The position numbers were made by a program, and so were the translations under genes. The notes beneath the pieces were generated by a model. It searched no databases. It was given only the letters and a program-made list of their open reading frames with translations, and was not told where the DNA came from. A stretch of 64,000 bases of DNA, taken from contig CAYWAM010000001.1 of the NCBI GenBank assembly GCA_964456545.1, positions 159,809 through 223,808 of the forward strand, given 5' to 3'. Below are positions 10,301 through 17,046 of the stretch, piece by piece. The stretch comes from an uncultured Bacteroides sp. GTDB taxonomy: Bacteria; Bacteroidota; Bacteroidia; Bacteroidales; Muribaculaceae. Each line of letters starts with the position of its first letter. Position 1 is the first letter of the stretch.

Positions 10301-11408
10301 CAGCTTGAGGCAAGCGGTCTGCTTCGTGATGGCTCAATTGAATATAAATTTCAAACTGACCTACGAAGGCGCTTCTAAATGGCTCTTGGCACCATGTATT
10401 GAGATCCCATTCCAAAATAGTATCAAATATACCGCCAAGATATTTTTTCACAAGCGAAGGTTGAGTGCGCAATATCAACATCAAGGTGGCAAACTGATAC
10501 TCAGGTTTGTATAAGTAGCCGGCCTGGCGCAGTTTTTCCATCAGGTTGGTAATGAACCCATCGATATCGTCATTCATAAAAATCGACAGAGCGGCATTAT
10601 ACGGCTTCAAACCCTCAACCAACGCTGTCATTTGTTCTTGCACCGAACGACGCACGGTAGCCTCTGTCTGGCGAAGCAAACCGGAACCTTCGATGATGTA
10701 AAGCGCAGCTTTGCGAAGCAATCTGATAAAACTAAGCAAGAGACCTCCATGCCGCTTCACGTCAATACACTGAAAATACTCGGGTAGAGCATCTGCAGCA
10801 GCTTGCAATGCTGTGAGAATCCATGCACGATTGCCCAGCGCCAACTCACTGCGCGCCTGAGCGAACTCTGCTCGCTCGGCAAAAATACGACCAATCAAAC
10901 CTGCCGTAAATCCGCAGACATCTAGTCGGCTCAAAAACTCATCCATAGTCAGCAAAGGCAACTTAGCCGCACTCTCACACAATTCTAGGATATAAACCAC
11001 TGAATCGAGCTTTGTAAATCGGCACATGACGCTGCGACCACGAGTCAAAGGCGAAGCTGTCTTATAAAGATTAAAGCGCAAACCGTTCTTATCCTCAAGC
11101 ACATATGGATCTCCAGAGCGACGAGGTTCTGAATAAACAGTAAACTCACATGCTTGATTTCTCACAAAACTATCGCCATAAAAACGCTGAACATACATCG
11201 ACATGCAGTGTCCAAGAATCGGGCCATCTTTAGTCAATGATTTCACACGACAAGTCAGCGTTGTGGGAGACGCCTGCTCGCGCTGAAATTTCAACTTACT
11301 AATAAAAAAATCACTATATCCCGGCACTTTTAGCCGAAACATATCATCACTTTCTCCAAAATCTTTTACGACCTCAAAATCATAGGCCTTTCCAACTTGA
11401 TAGTCCAT
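7368..11408 (-). CDS. Large (about 1,346 aa) uncharacterised putative nucleic-acid-binding protein with an embedded AlbA_2/Schlafen-like domain
   Basis: This is one uninterrupted ORF. The segment ENQFVEFKSS..QQQVLLRTIAGFMNASGGTLFIGVNDS..VIYVRRSGST (about nt 8150-8610) matches the AlbA_2 putative DNA-binding domain pattern. Several short beta-rich OB/S1-like segments are present. I found no Walker A or nuclease motif by eye. The track start at 11477 is TTG within an AT-rich leader, so I chose the ATG at 11408 (MDYQVGKAYDFEV). Confidence 0.8.
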   Translation of the reverse strand: MDYQVGKAYDFEVVKDFGESDDMFRLKVPGYSDFFISKLKFQREQASPTTLTCRVKSLTKDGPILGHCMSMYVQRFYGDSFVRNQACEFTVYSEPRRSGDPYVLEDKNGLRFNLYKTASPLTRGRSVMCRFTKLDSVVYILELCESAAKLPLLTMDEFLSRLDVCGFTAGLIGRIFAERAEFAQARSELALGNRAWILTALQAAADALPEYFQCIDVKRHGGLLLSFIRLLRKAALYIIEGSGLLRQTEATVRRSVQEQMTALVEGLKPYNAALSIFMNDDIDGFITNLMEKLRQAGYLYKPEYQFATLMLILRTQPSLVKKYLGGIFDTILEWDLNTWCQEPFRSAFVGQFEIYIQLSHHEADRLPQAENESETDRLGKIVTAIALQTLIGGKRDDESERRNRSLFYRYISLLRPGKSDVLLDKSYMTLLGAKLPLEFSYDDVKAPQLLMTKASVSVNRAEKSLPIRLFRAGNIAITAGDEGVSIKRSTEADTTPVLPSSMMPWLSPQVYIDGIKSLTGSKINSFDAHRQLWSDIEKVLFEKSTQTENEARQRNRADIGDQVAIIIDPREVSGGDDPMWRCRIDDPIVQSGDGFIKRSDIVSYNLRGSDLDYNRSIIEKAFRDDSGKPLHFAATVIGVDNFGRYRFSLVDDVAAQLPESLNLDTVYHGVVTWMSSTEYLVIGDCGYCAYLIREEDDDLKLGDIVDYRVLDYSNPTHIEGVVVELSEVDVEVNRTIAFINLLNSIAVEVDNEPEDVEVADDEPDTESLTREDIEEIVQLFRFKSMTCSKLLNAFDYLRFARLLSLLIDDDAMAANLLTHASLLQQYQFYASNSRIDSAELEARRSEVAASPLLQIIFHRLEIVSWMGDGSCNESLWQTINNPRNSLENTLARMVLSYNMLPEDGRDDNTIAKGLKTEIARLLGVNFEPRVLKSYGSENQFVEFKSSIVYPARKSQTEKVEAAPERQQQVLLRTIAGFMNASGGTLFIGVNDSTHCEAGLFEDFEYYKRHKGIIGSNHYEIRTPDNVCNFLTNLVRHTWGTIVTESVQIEPDDEATRDVIVVKVQPRVTPVELDGVIYVRRSGSTMKLADSEREEYEQERRARDSQRRFEAVADSTLAAAVPTAVTEPVDTVPTTSSSEQHHQISTSAWRHNVLHNDDEGFIEPAGYLYFGHDNTLSHSRRDYYREYELPLVLAFSPEEAQNGSLLMMFDNQRLLRVPMSEILEKPENRDVNYFRDSLPIFAVIAKSTDALNVYITDTKDNLFRRTMRMTDIPAAHLTSTPERIVEMPANATVACELVAESQVENFSVSLAAKLTSRQLGYTMRCSYDSEKAREIIATDRELASNLK

Positions 11409-11511
11409 CTGTAAAGTAATAATAAAAATAATAATAACAAACTTACAAAATAATATTCGAACGACGAAGTATTTCAACTTTCTTTAACATTGTACGCGCG
11501 AAGAAGCAGTA

Positions 11512-11540
11512 CTGGGCAGTCGAAAACATCAACTGCCCAG
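11512..11540 (-). terminator. Stem-loop downstream of the yqgE/algH-like gene
   Basis: CTGGGCAGT (11512-11520) pairs with ACTGCCCAG (11532-11540), a 9-bp stem. It lies 24 nt after the stop at 11564. Confidence 0.4.
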
Positions 11541-11563
11541 CACATCATAAGTCACCAAAGCTA

Positions 11564-12175
11564 TCAGTTAGATATCACTTCTCGAGGAATCAAGCGCCAT
11601 GATTTGTAGGCATCGCCCATCGATCGAACAATACGCTGCCAATAGCTATCGCCATGACCGACAAGCAAAGTATCGGCAGGCAAAACGCCTTCGACCGACG
11701 CCCACGTATTAGCCATCATTTCTTCTTCAAGCTGCCCCCTACTCCAACCGCTATAACCGATAAAAAATCTAATACATCCTTCTGTAGGGTATCCATCACG
11801 AACATACGAAAGCGCACTATCCAAATCACCACCAATATACAATCCGGGGGCATATAGACTCGACTCCGGTATAATATCAGGTCCTAGAGTATGAATATAA
11901 AACAAACGATCATGGCTAAGCGGACCGCCACAGTAGAGAGGTACTTTAGCGCCACAATCACCTGAAGCATCTAGAACATCGCGCAAGCTCGATTTAGTGC
12001 TATTATTGAGCACTAAACCGGTAGCACCTTCTTTCCGATCGTAATCAATCAGTGAAATCACTGCTCGCTCAAACCAGTCCTCACTCAAAAATGGCTGCGC
12101 AATAAACAGCGACCCTCGAGTGAGAGGCAATTTTGGCGTCGTCAGATTAAAAAAAGAAGAACTTAAATCTTTCAT
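11564..12175 (-). CDS. YqgE/AlgH-family (UPF0301) protein
   Basis: GSLFIAQPFLSEDWFERAVISLIDYDRKEGATGLVLN..GGPL is typical of the YqgE/AlgH family. Confidence 0.85.
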   Translation of the reverse strand: MKDLSSSFFNLTTPKLPLTRGSLFIAQPFLSEDWFERAVISLIDYDRKEGATGLVLNNSTKSSLRDVLDASGDCGAKVPLYCGGPLSHDRLFYIHTLGPDIIPESSLYAPGLYIGGDLDSALSYVRDGYPTEGCIRFFIGYSGWSRGQLEEEMMANTWASVEGVLPADTLLVGHGDSYWQRIVRSMGDAYKSWRLIPREVISN

Positions 12176-12272
12176 CAGATTATCATTAAATGACTAGAAT
12201 ACTATAAACATAACAACTGCGACTGAGAATTATCCCAACCTAGCCAAATATAGCCTATACGCAAACAATCAA

Positions 12273-12297
12273 GGCCGCGCCCTTTTGGAGCGCAGCC
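12273..12297 (-). terminator. efp terminator hairpin
   Basis: The minus-strand RNA GGCUGCGCUCC-AAAA-GGGCGCGGCC is followed by the U-rich tract UUGAUUGUUUG. It lies 26 nt after the efp stop. Confidence 0.55.
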
Positions 12298-12323
12298 ATG
12301 ATATATGTTTTCAACCGACTTTA

Positions 12324-12890
12324 TTAGGCCTTCACGCGGCTGATGTACGAGCCGTCGCGGGTGTCGATTTCAATCGAGTCGCCTTCGTTAACGAACAGAG
12401 GTACGCGCACTTCAGCGCCGGTTTCTACTGTAGCAGGCTTAAGAGTGTTGGTAGCGGTGTCGCCTTTGATACCGGGCTCGGTGTAAGTAATCTTGAGCAC
12501 GGTCTTGATGGGCATTTCAGCGTAGAGCACGGTTTCAGTCGATGCATCGCTTACCACTTCCACGGTGTCGCCTTCTTTCATGAAGTCAGCGCCAGTCACA
12601 AGTGCCTTATTGATAGGAATCTGTTCGAAAGTCTCGTTGTTCATAAAGATATCGTCACCACCATCGGCATAGAGATACTGATAGGGACGACGTTCTACGC
12701 GTACGTCTTCAAGTTTCTCACCGATGTTGAAGCGGCGTTCGAGTACGCGGCCGTCAACTACGTCCTTCAATTTGGTACGCATGAAGGTGTTGCCTTTGCC
12801 GGGCTTAACGTGGAGGAACTCCACGCAGAAGTAAAGACGGCCATCCATGCGAATGCAAGTGCCGTTTTTGATGTCTTGTGCGTTGATCAT
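12324..12890 (-). CDS. efp: Elongation factor P
   Basis: [44 protein letters not shown] is a canonical EF-P sequence, including the KPGKG loop. Confidence 0.97.
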   Translation of the reverse strand: MINAQDIKNGTCIRMDGRLYFCVEFLHVKPGKGNTFMRTKLKDVVDGRVLERRFNIGEKLEDVRVERRPYQYLYADGGDDIFMNNETFEQIPINKALVTGADFMKEGDTVEVVSDASTETVLYAEMPIKTVLKITYTEPGIKGDTATNTLKPATVETGAEVRVPLFVNEGDSIEIDTRDGSYISRVKA

Positions 12891-12916
12891 ATCGTTTGTA
12901 CGTTGATTTTCGTGTG

Positions 12917-12924
12917 CAAAATTA
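12917..12924 (-). promoter_or_regulatory. -7 promoter box for efp
   Basis: The minus strand reads TAATTTTG, 26 nt upstream of the ATG. Confidence 0.5.
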
Positions 12925-13002
12925 CGAATTTTTCGGCATTAAACCACACTTTATCAGGGATTTTTCTAAACTTCAAAGCTATTAAGCTGATATTCAATAA
13001 CA

Positions 13003-13587
13003 TCACAAAATACCGAGATACCTAAACATCACCGCATAGCGTTCAGCTTTCTGCTCAAGTGGCAATGGATAAGCACGCGAAGTCGATGGCATACGCCAAA
13101 TCTCCAAGCCATCAGCCGCCACTGTCATTGCACCTTGCGCAGGTATAGGAGTATCTGTGAGTGACGCTATCACTGATGCCGCTTTTTCACCAGTTGTTGC
13201 CACGGCACGACAGTCAGGCATCGAATTTAGAATTCCACACAAATCCAGTGGTTCCACAATCTCAAGATATTTATCGCTCGCATTGCCACGCAAGCGCCGC
13301 ACCTTGCGACCTGTATCGTGCAAAGCGATATGGAAGCGCGCTAACAAATCCTTTATCATATCAAGTCGATAGGTGCGTCGAGCGCCATCATAAAGAGCAT
13401 CGCGGTCACCGCAAAAAAGCAGACCGCAAACACGCCAAAAGTCGTTACTACGATTAGGATAATAGAAGTCCATACTCCAACGCTTGGGTTGTGGCGGAAA
13501 TGTACCCAGTATCAACACACGCGCACCTTCAGGCACAAACGGCTCCCACGGGTGTATTTCAAATTCGTCATCTATTTTTGTAGTCAT
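13003..13587 (-). CDS. Uracil-DNA glycosylase superfamily protein (deoxyinosine/hypoxanthine-DNA glycosylase-like)
   Basis: ARVLILGTFPPQPKRWSMDFYYPNRSNDFWRV and the C-terminal MPSTSRAY fit the UDG-superfamily (family 6-like) pattern. Confidence 0.7.
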   Translation of the reverse strand: MTTKIDDEFEIHPWEPFVPEGARVLILGTFPPQPKRWSMDFYYPNRSNDFWRVCGLLFCGDRDALYDGARRTYRLDMIKDLLARFHIALHDTGRKVRRLRGNASDKYLEIVEPLDLCGILNSMPDCRAVATTGEKAASVIASLTDTPIPAQGAMTVAADGLEIWRMPSTSRAYPLPLEQKAERYAVMFRYLGIL

Positions 13588-13672
13588 ACCTTGATAACGT
13601 TGTAATACAAAAAAATTGTATCGACAGACACTGAAATTTTCACGAATTCTTGGTGCGAATCTAAAAAAATGC

Positions 13673-13680
13673 TAATTTTG
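13673..13680 (+). promoter_or_regulatory. -7 promoter box for the gmk operon
   Basis: TAATTTTG lies 24 nt upstream of the ATG at 13705. It sits inside the longer track ORF that starts at 13669, which argues for the 13705 start. Confidence 0.5.
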
Positions 13681-13704
13681 CCACAAATGTTACGTACTAA
13701 AAAT

Positions 13705-14274
13705 ATGAATAAAGGTAAAGTAATTGTCATATCCGCGCCGTCGGGCTGCGGAAAGTCCACCATTATCAACACTATACTCGACAAAGAGATATTCGACCTC
13801 GGCTTTTCAGTATCGGCCACCAACCGCCAACCGCGCCAAGGCGAAGAGGATGGCGTGCACTATAGATTTCTATCGACTAGTGAATTTCGCGATGCCGTAG
13901 ACCGCGGCGATTTCATCGAATGGGAAGAAGTATACGCCGGCCGCTTCTATGGCACTCTGCGCTCGGAAGTTGACCGCGTCATCGATGGTGGGCACAATGT
14001 AGTACTCGACATCGATGTCAAAGGAGCTCTCAACGTCAAGAAAGCCTACGGCGATAATTGCTTAACACTCTTCATTCAACCGCCTAGCATCGAGGAGCTA
14101 CGTCGACGCCTCGAAAACCGCGGCACAGAAGACCCTGCTGCTATTGCTGACCGCATCGCACGAGCTGAATACGAACTCAGCTTCGCTCCGCAGTTCGACA
14201 AAGTAGTTGTCAATGACAATCTCGACAAAGCCGTCGCAGAGGCCGAAACAATTCTTAATAATTTCATCGGCTAA
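13705..14274 (+). CDS. gmk: Guanylate kinase
   Basis: MNKGKVIVISAPSGCGKSTI contains the P-loop, and the rest is a guanylate kinase fold sequence. Confidence 0.93.
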   Translation: MNKGKVIVISAPSGCGKSTIINTILDKEIFDLGFSVSATNRQPRQGEEDGVHYRFLSTSEFRDAVDRGDFIEWEEVYAGRFYGTLRSEVDRVIDGGHNVVLDIDVKGALNVKKAYGDNCLTLFIQPPSIEELRRRLENRGTEDPAAIADRIARAEYELSFAPQFDKVVVNDNLDKAVAEAETILNNFIG

Positions 14275-14277
14275 TTG

Positions 14278-14868
14278 ATGCAAGCACCCGAGCGAAAACA
14301 ATTGGTAGGCATACTGGGCGGATCATTCAACCCCGTACATATAGGCCACACTATTTTGGCTAGCTACTTAGTACAATGGGGCTACGTCGACAAGGTGTGG
14401 CTGACATTATCACCCCGCAATCCACTAAAAGATGCGTCAGCCTTGCTACCAGATACTAAGCGTCTGGCCATGCTCAAGATTGCTCTCAAAGAGGCAAAAG
14501 ATATTGACCTCTGCGACTTGGAGTTGTCTATGCCTCGTCCATCATATACCATCAACACGCTCGACCTTCTTGCAAAAAGATACCCCAACAAACAATTTCG
14601 CCTCATAATCGGCAGCGACAATTGGGCTATTTTCGACCGCTGGCGCGACTCGCAACGCATTCTAGACGACTTCGGAGTAATAGTCTATCCCCGCGATGGC
14701 TACCCCGTCGACCACTTTGTCGACGGCATGGAAGTAGTCAAAGCGCCTCTAGTCGATATTTCCAGCACATTCATACGCAATGCCATTGCTCGCGGACGCG
14801 ACGTCAACTACTTCCTGCCTGCAGGCGTTTTCAAGTATATCACCGACCACAAATTATATAAGCAATGA
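14278..14868 (+). CDS. nadD: Nicotinate-nucleotide adenylyltransferase
   Basis: VGILGGSFNPVHIGHTILA contains the (H/T)xGH motif, and ISSTFIR is near the C-terminus. The track start at 14275 is TTG; an ATG follows at 14278. Confidence 0.92.
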   Translation: MQAPERKQLVGILGGSFNPVHIGHTILASYLVQWGYVDKVWLTLSPRNPLKDASALLPDTKRLAMLKIALKEAKDIDLCDLELSMPRPSYTINTLDLLAKRYPNKQFRLIIGSDNWAIFDRWRDSQRILDDFGVIVYPRDGYPVDHFVDGMEVVKAPLVDISSTFIRNAIARGRDVNYFLPAGVFKYITDHKLYKQ

Positions 14869-15371
14869 CCAACAACACGCTGGCCTTCATAGCCCTCTGC
14901 AACGAATACTGTGCTGAACTCGAGCACTGCCGTGAGACCGAACCGCGAGCCTTCGTAAGCCGCATGCTCGACTTGCTGCCGCGCATATATATCACTGCTC
15001 GCAGCCTCCAGCCTGACCCCATGGCCGTGGCCGACGGTATTGCCATCATCCAAGCCCTCGAAGAAGACGCATACGAACAAACCCGACGCGCCGTAGAACT
15101 CGTCATGGGCGAACACGACACATATCTCGAGGCTTTCGTCAGCGACATGAAGTACAGCGACGAGCCTATCGGTGCTAGCGTATCCGAATCACTCGCCGAC
15201 ATATTTCAGGTACTATTCAATTTTATTGAAACCGTGCGCGATGCCGCAACCGAGACCATCGAAGATGCAGTAGCAGCCATTAAAGAAGATTTTGAGCTAT
15301 ACTGGAGTCAAACTCTTTGCAATGTCATGCGCCCACTTAATTCTATATACCAAAATGGCTTCAATCAATAA
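14865..15371 (+). CDS. DUF5063-like hypothetical protein
   Basis: This 168-aa ORF joins nadD in an ATGA overlap. It resembles the Bacteroidetes DUF5063 family as I remember it. Confidence 0.6.
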   Translation: MTNNTLAFIALCNEYCAELEHCRETEPRAFVSRMLDLLPRIYITARSLQPDPMAVADGIAIIQALEEDAYEQTRRAVELVMGEHDTYLEAFVSDMKYSDEPIGASVSESLADIFQVLFNFIETVRDAATETIEDAVAAIKEDFELYWSQTLCNVMRPLNSIYQNGFNQ

Positions 15372-16659
15372 CTATAACGATATTTGCGCCTTTCTCGACT
15401 CTTCTGTCGTAAACTTTTGGGCAGTACACACCATTGCTACTCACCTTGAAAGCCATGGCTTCACACATCTAAGCATGGCCGACAAGTGGGACCTCAAGCC
15501 CGGCGCACGTCACTACGTCACAAAAAACGGTTCGGCCATTTTTGCCTTCATTGTTGGCAACAAGCCCGCTGCCGAAGGCGGATTCCACATCATATCGGCA
15601 CACAGCGATTCACCGGGCTTCCGCGTAAAGCCCAATTGCGAAATGGTGACTGACGGCAACATCGTGAAGCTAAACACCGAAGTATATGGCGGACCGATAC
15701 TCTACACATGGTTCGACCGCCCACTATCGCTTGCAGGCCGCGTCATCCTACGCACCGACGACCCATTGCACCCTGAATCGCGACTAATTCGTTTTGACCG
15801 ACACTTGCTCACCATACCTCACCTAGCCATACACTTCAACCGCGCTGTCAACGACGGCAACAAACTTTCGCGGCAAAAAGATATGCTACCCGTGCTAGGT
15901 CGCATCGAAGACAAAAGCCAAGCCAAAGGTCTAATTCATCGCCTCGTAGCAGAAAAACTTGGCGTAAACACAGACGACATTCTCGATTACGATCTTTCGC
16001 TTTTCGACACATCACGCGCCTCCGTCGTTGGCCTCAACGGTGAATATATCACCTCAGGCCGCATAGATGACCTTTCGATGACTCACGCCGCCCTTTGCGC
16101 ATTGCTCGACACTGCCGATACAGACAGCGGTTCGACTCGCGTAATGGCCATTTTTGACAATGAAGAGACCGGCTCAGGCACCAAACAAGGTGCAGCTTCG
16201 CCTATTCTTGACTACATATTGCGCCGCATAGCCGCCTCCAACTGTGCCGGTGACGAAGACTACTTCCGCGCCATCGACCGCTCGTTCATGATTTCGGCCG
16301 ACGATGCTCACGGCATCCACCCCAATTATCCCGAGAAGCAAGACCCGACCAATCACCCCGTACTTGGCGGTGGACCGGTAGTTAAAATCAACGCCAACTG
16401 CAAGTATATGTCTGACGCCGACTCTGCGGCCGTATTTCTATCACTATGCAAAAAAGCCGGCGTCAACTGTCAGTACTTTGTCAACCACAGCGACGTAGCC
16501 GGAGGGTCGACTTTGGGCAACATTCTGACATCGCAAATACCGCTACGCGGAGTCGACGTGGGTGCTGCTATTTGGGCCATGCACTCGGCTCGTGAAACCG
16601 CCTCGTTGAGCGACCATAGCGACATGATTGCCGTTTTCTCGCAATTCTTTGCGCTCTGA
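15355..16659 (+). CDS. M18-family aminopeptidase (aspartyl aminopeptidase-like)
   Basis: FHIISAHSDSPGFRVKP..FDNEETGSGTKQGA..HPNYPEK are M18 motifs. The track start at 15292 is TTG, so I chose the ATG at 15355 (MASINNYNDI). Confidence 0.88.
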   Translation: MASINNYNDICAFLDSSVVNFWAVHTIATHLESHGFTHLSMADKWDLKPGARHYVTKNGSAIFAFIVGNKPAAEGGFHIISAHSDSPGFRVKPNCEMVTDGNIVKLNTEVYGGPILYTWFDRPLSLAGRVILRTDDPLHPESRLIRFDRHLLTIPHLAIHFNRAVNDGNKLSRQKDMLPVLGRIEDKSQAKGLIHRLVAEKLGVNTDDILDYDLSLFDTSRASVVGLNGEYITSGRIDDLSMTHAALCALLDTADTDSGSTRVMAIFDNEETGSGTKQGAASPILDYILRRIAASNCAGDEDYFRAIDRSFMISADDAHGIHPNYPEKQDPTNHPVLGGGPVVKINANCKYMSDADSAAVFLSLCKKAGVNCQYFVNHSDVAGGSTLGNILTSQIPLRGVDVGAAIWAMHSARETASLSDHSDMIAVFSQFFAL

Positions 16660-16782
16660 CACTAAAATAAAACGTTTTTTGTAGCCCGGCATCACAATTG
16701 GACACGGTTGTTCGTCTTACATACGCACGAACGCTGAAAAAAATTCCGTTCGACTGCTATGCTGCTCTAACGCGAATTATAC

Positions 16783-16815
16783 ATCGCGGTCTTTGCCCTA
16801 CTCAAAGACCGCGAT
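16783..16815 (+). other. Perfect 13-bp inverted repeat (stem-loop) in a long intergenic region
   Basis: ATCGCGGTCTTTG-ccctact-CAAAGACCGCGAT. It lies 124 nt after the aminopeptidase stop and has no clean T-tract. It could be a terminator, a processing site or part of an sRNA. Confidence 0.4.
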
Positions 16816-17013
16816 GCCGTTTCAGACGATAAGAACAGTTTTTTAGGCATCATAGTTCCATACCCAGCAACGACAATCAGTCCCCAATACAATCATCATT
16901 GTGTCGTTGTGCGACGGCGAATATAAACTCGTATATATCAAAGGAAAAATCAACTCTCCGCAAATGTCCACACGCTACTCAAATAGTAGCTTGAATTTTT
17001 AAATATTATTCCG

Positions 17014-17021
17014 TAACTTTG
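17014..17021 (+). promoter_or_regulatory. -7 promoter box for lon
   Basis: TAACTTTG lies 25 nt upstream of the lon ATG. Confidence 0.55.
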
Positions 17022-17046
17022 CAGTCAATTTGGACATGCAAAGAAT

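Noticed and set aside
11409-11477. N-terminal extensions offered by the ORF track (this one, plus 6273-6320, 20395-20478, 29689-29724, 30507-30527, 42351-42389, 47580-47645, 47920-47970, 48102-48161, 63272-63328, 13669-13704 and 15292-15354)
   Set aside because: Nearly all of these begin at TTG or GTG; 13669 is an ATG, but it lies upstream of the gmk -7 box. They translate AT-rich leader or upstream-gene sequence. They often contain the gene's own -7 box or destroy an otherwise canonical signal peptide or ATGA junction. Downstream ATGs fit better.
12285-13025. 246-aa plus-strand ORF covering the whole efp locus
   Set aside because: It is antisense to the highly conserved EF-P gene and has no recognisable motif. 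Its composition is typical of the reverse frame of a conserved gene.
13584-13823. 79-aa minus-strand ORF bridging the UDG-family gene and gmk
   Set aside because: It overlaps the gmk promoter and the gmk N-terminus in antisense and has no motif. Nothing supports it as a gene.
16669-16678. AAAACGTTTT just after the aminopeptidase stop as a terminator
   Set aside because: It is a loop-less palindrome and cannot form a stable hairpin. The 13-bp stem-loop at 16783-16815 is the more credible structure.
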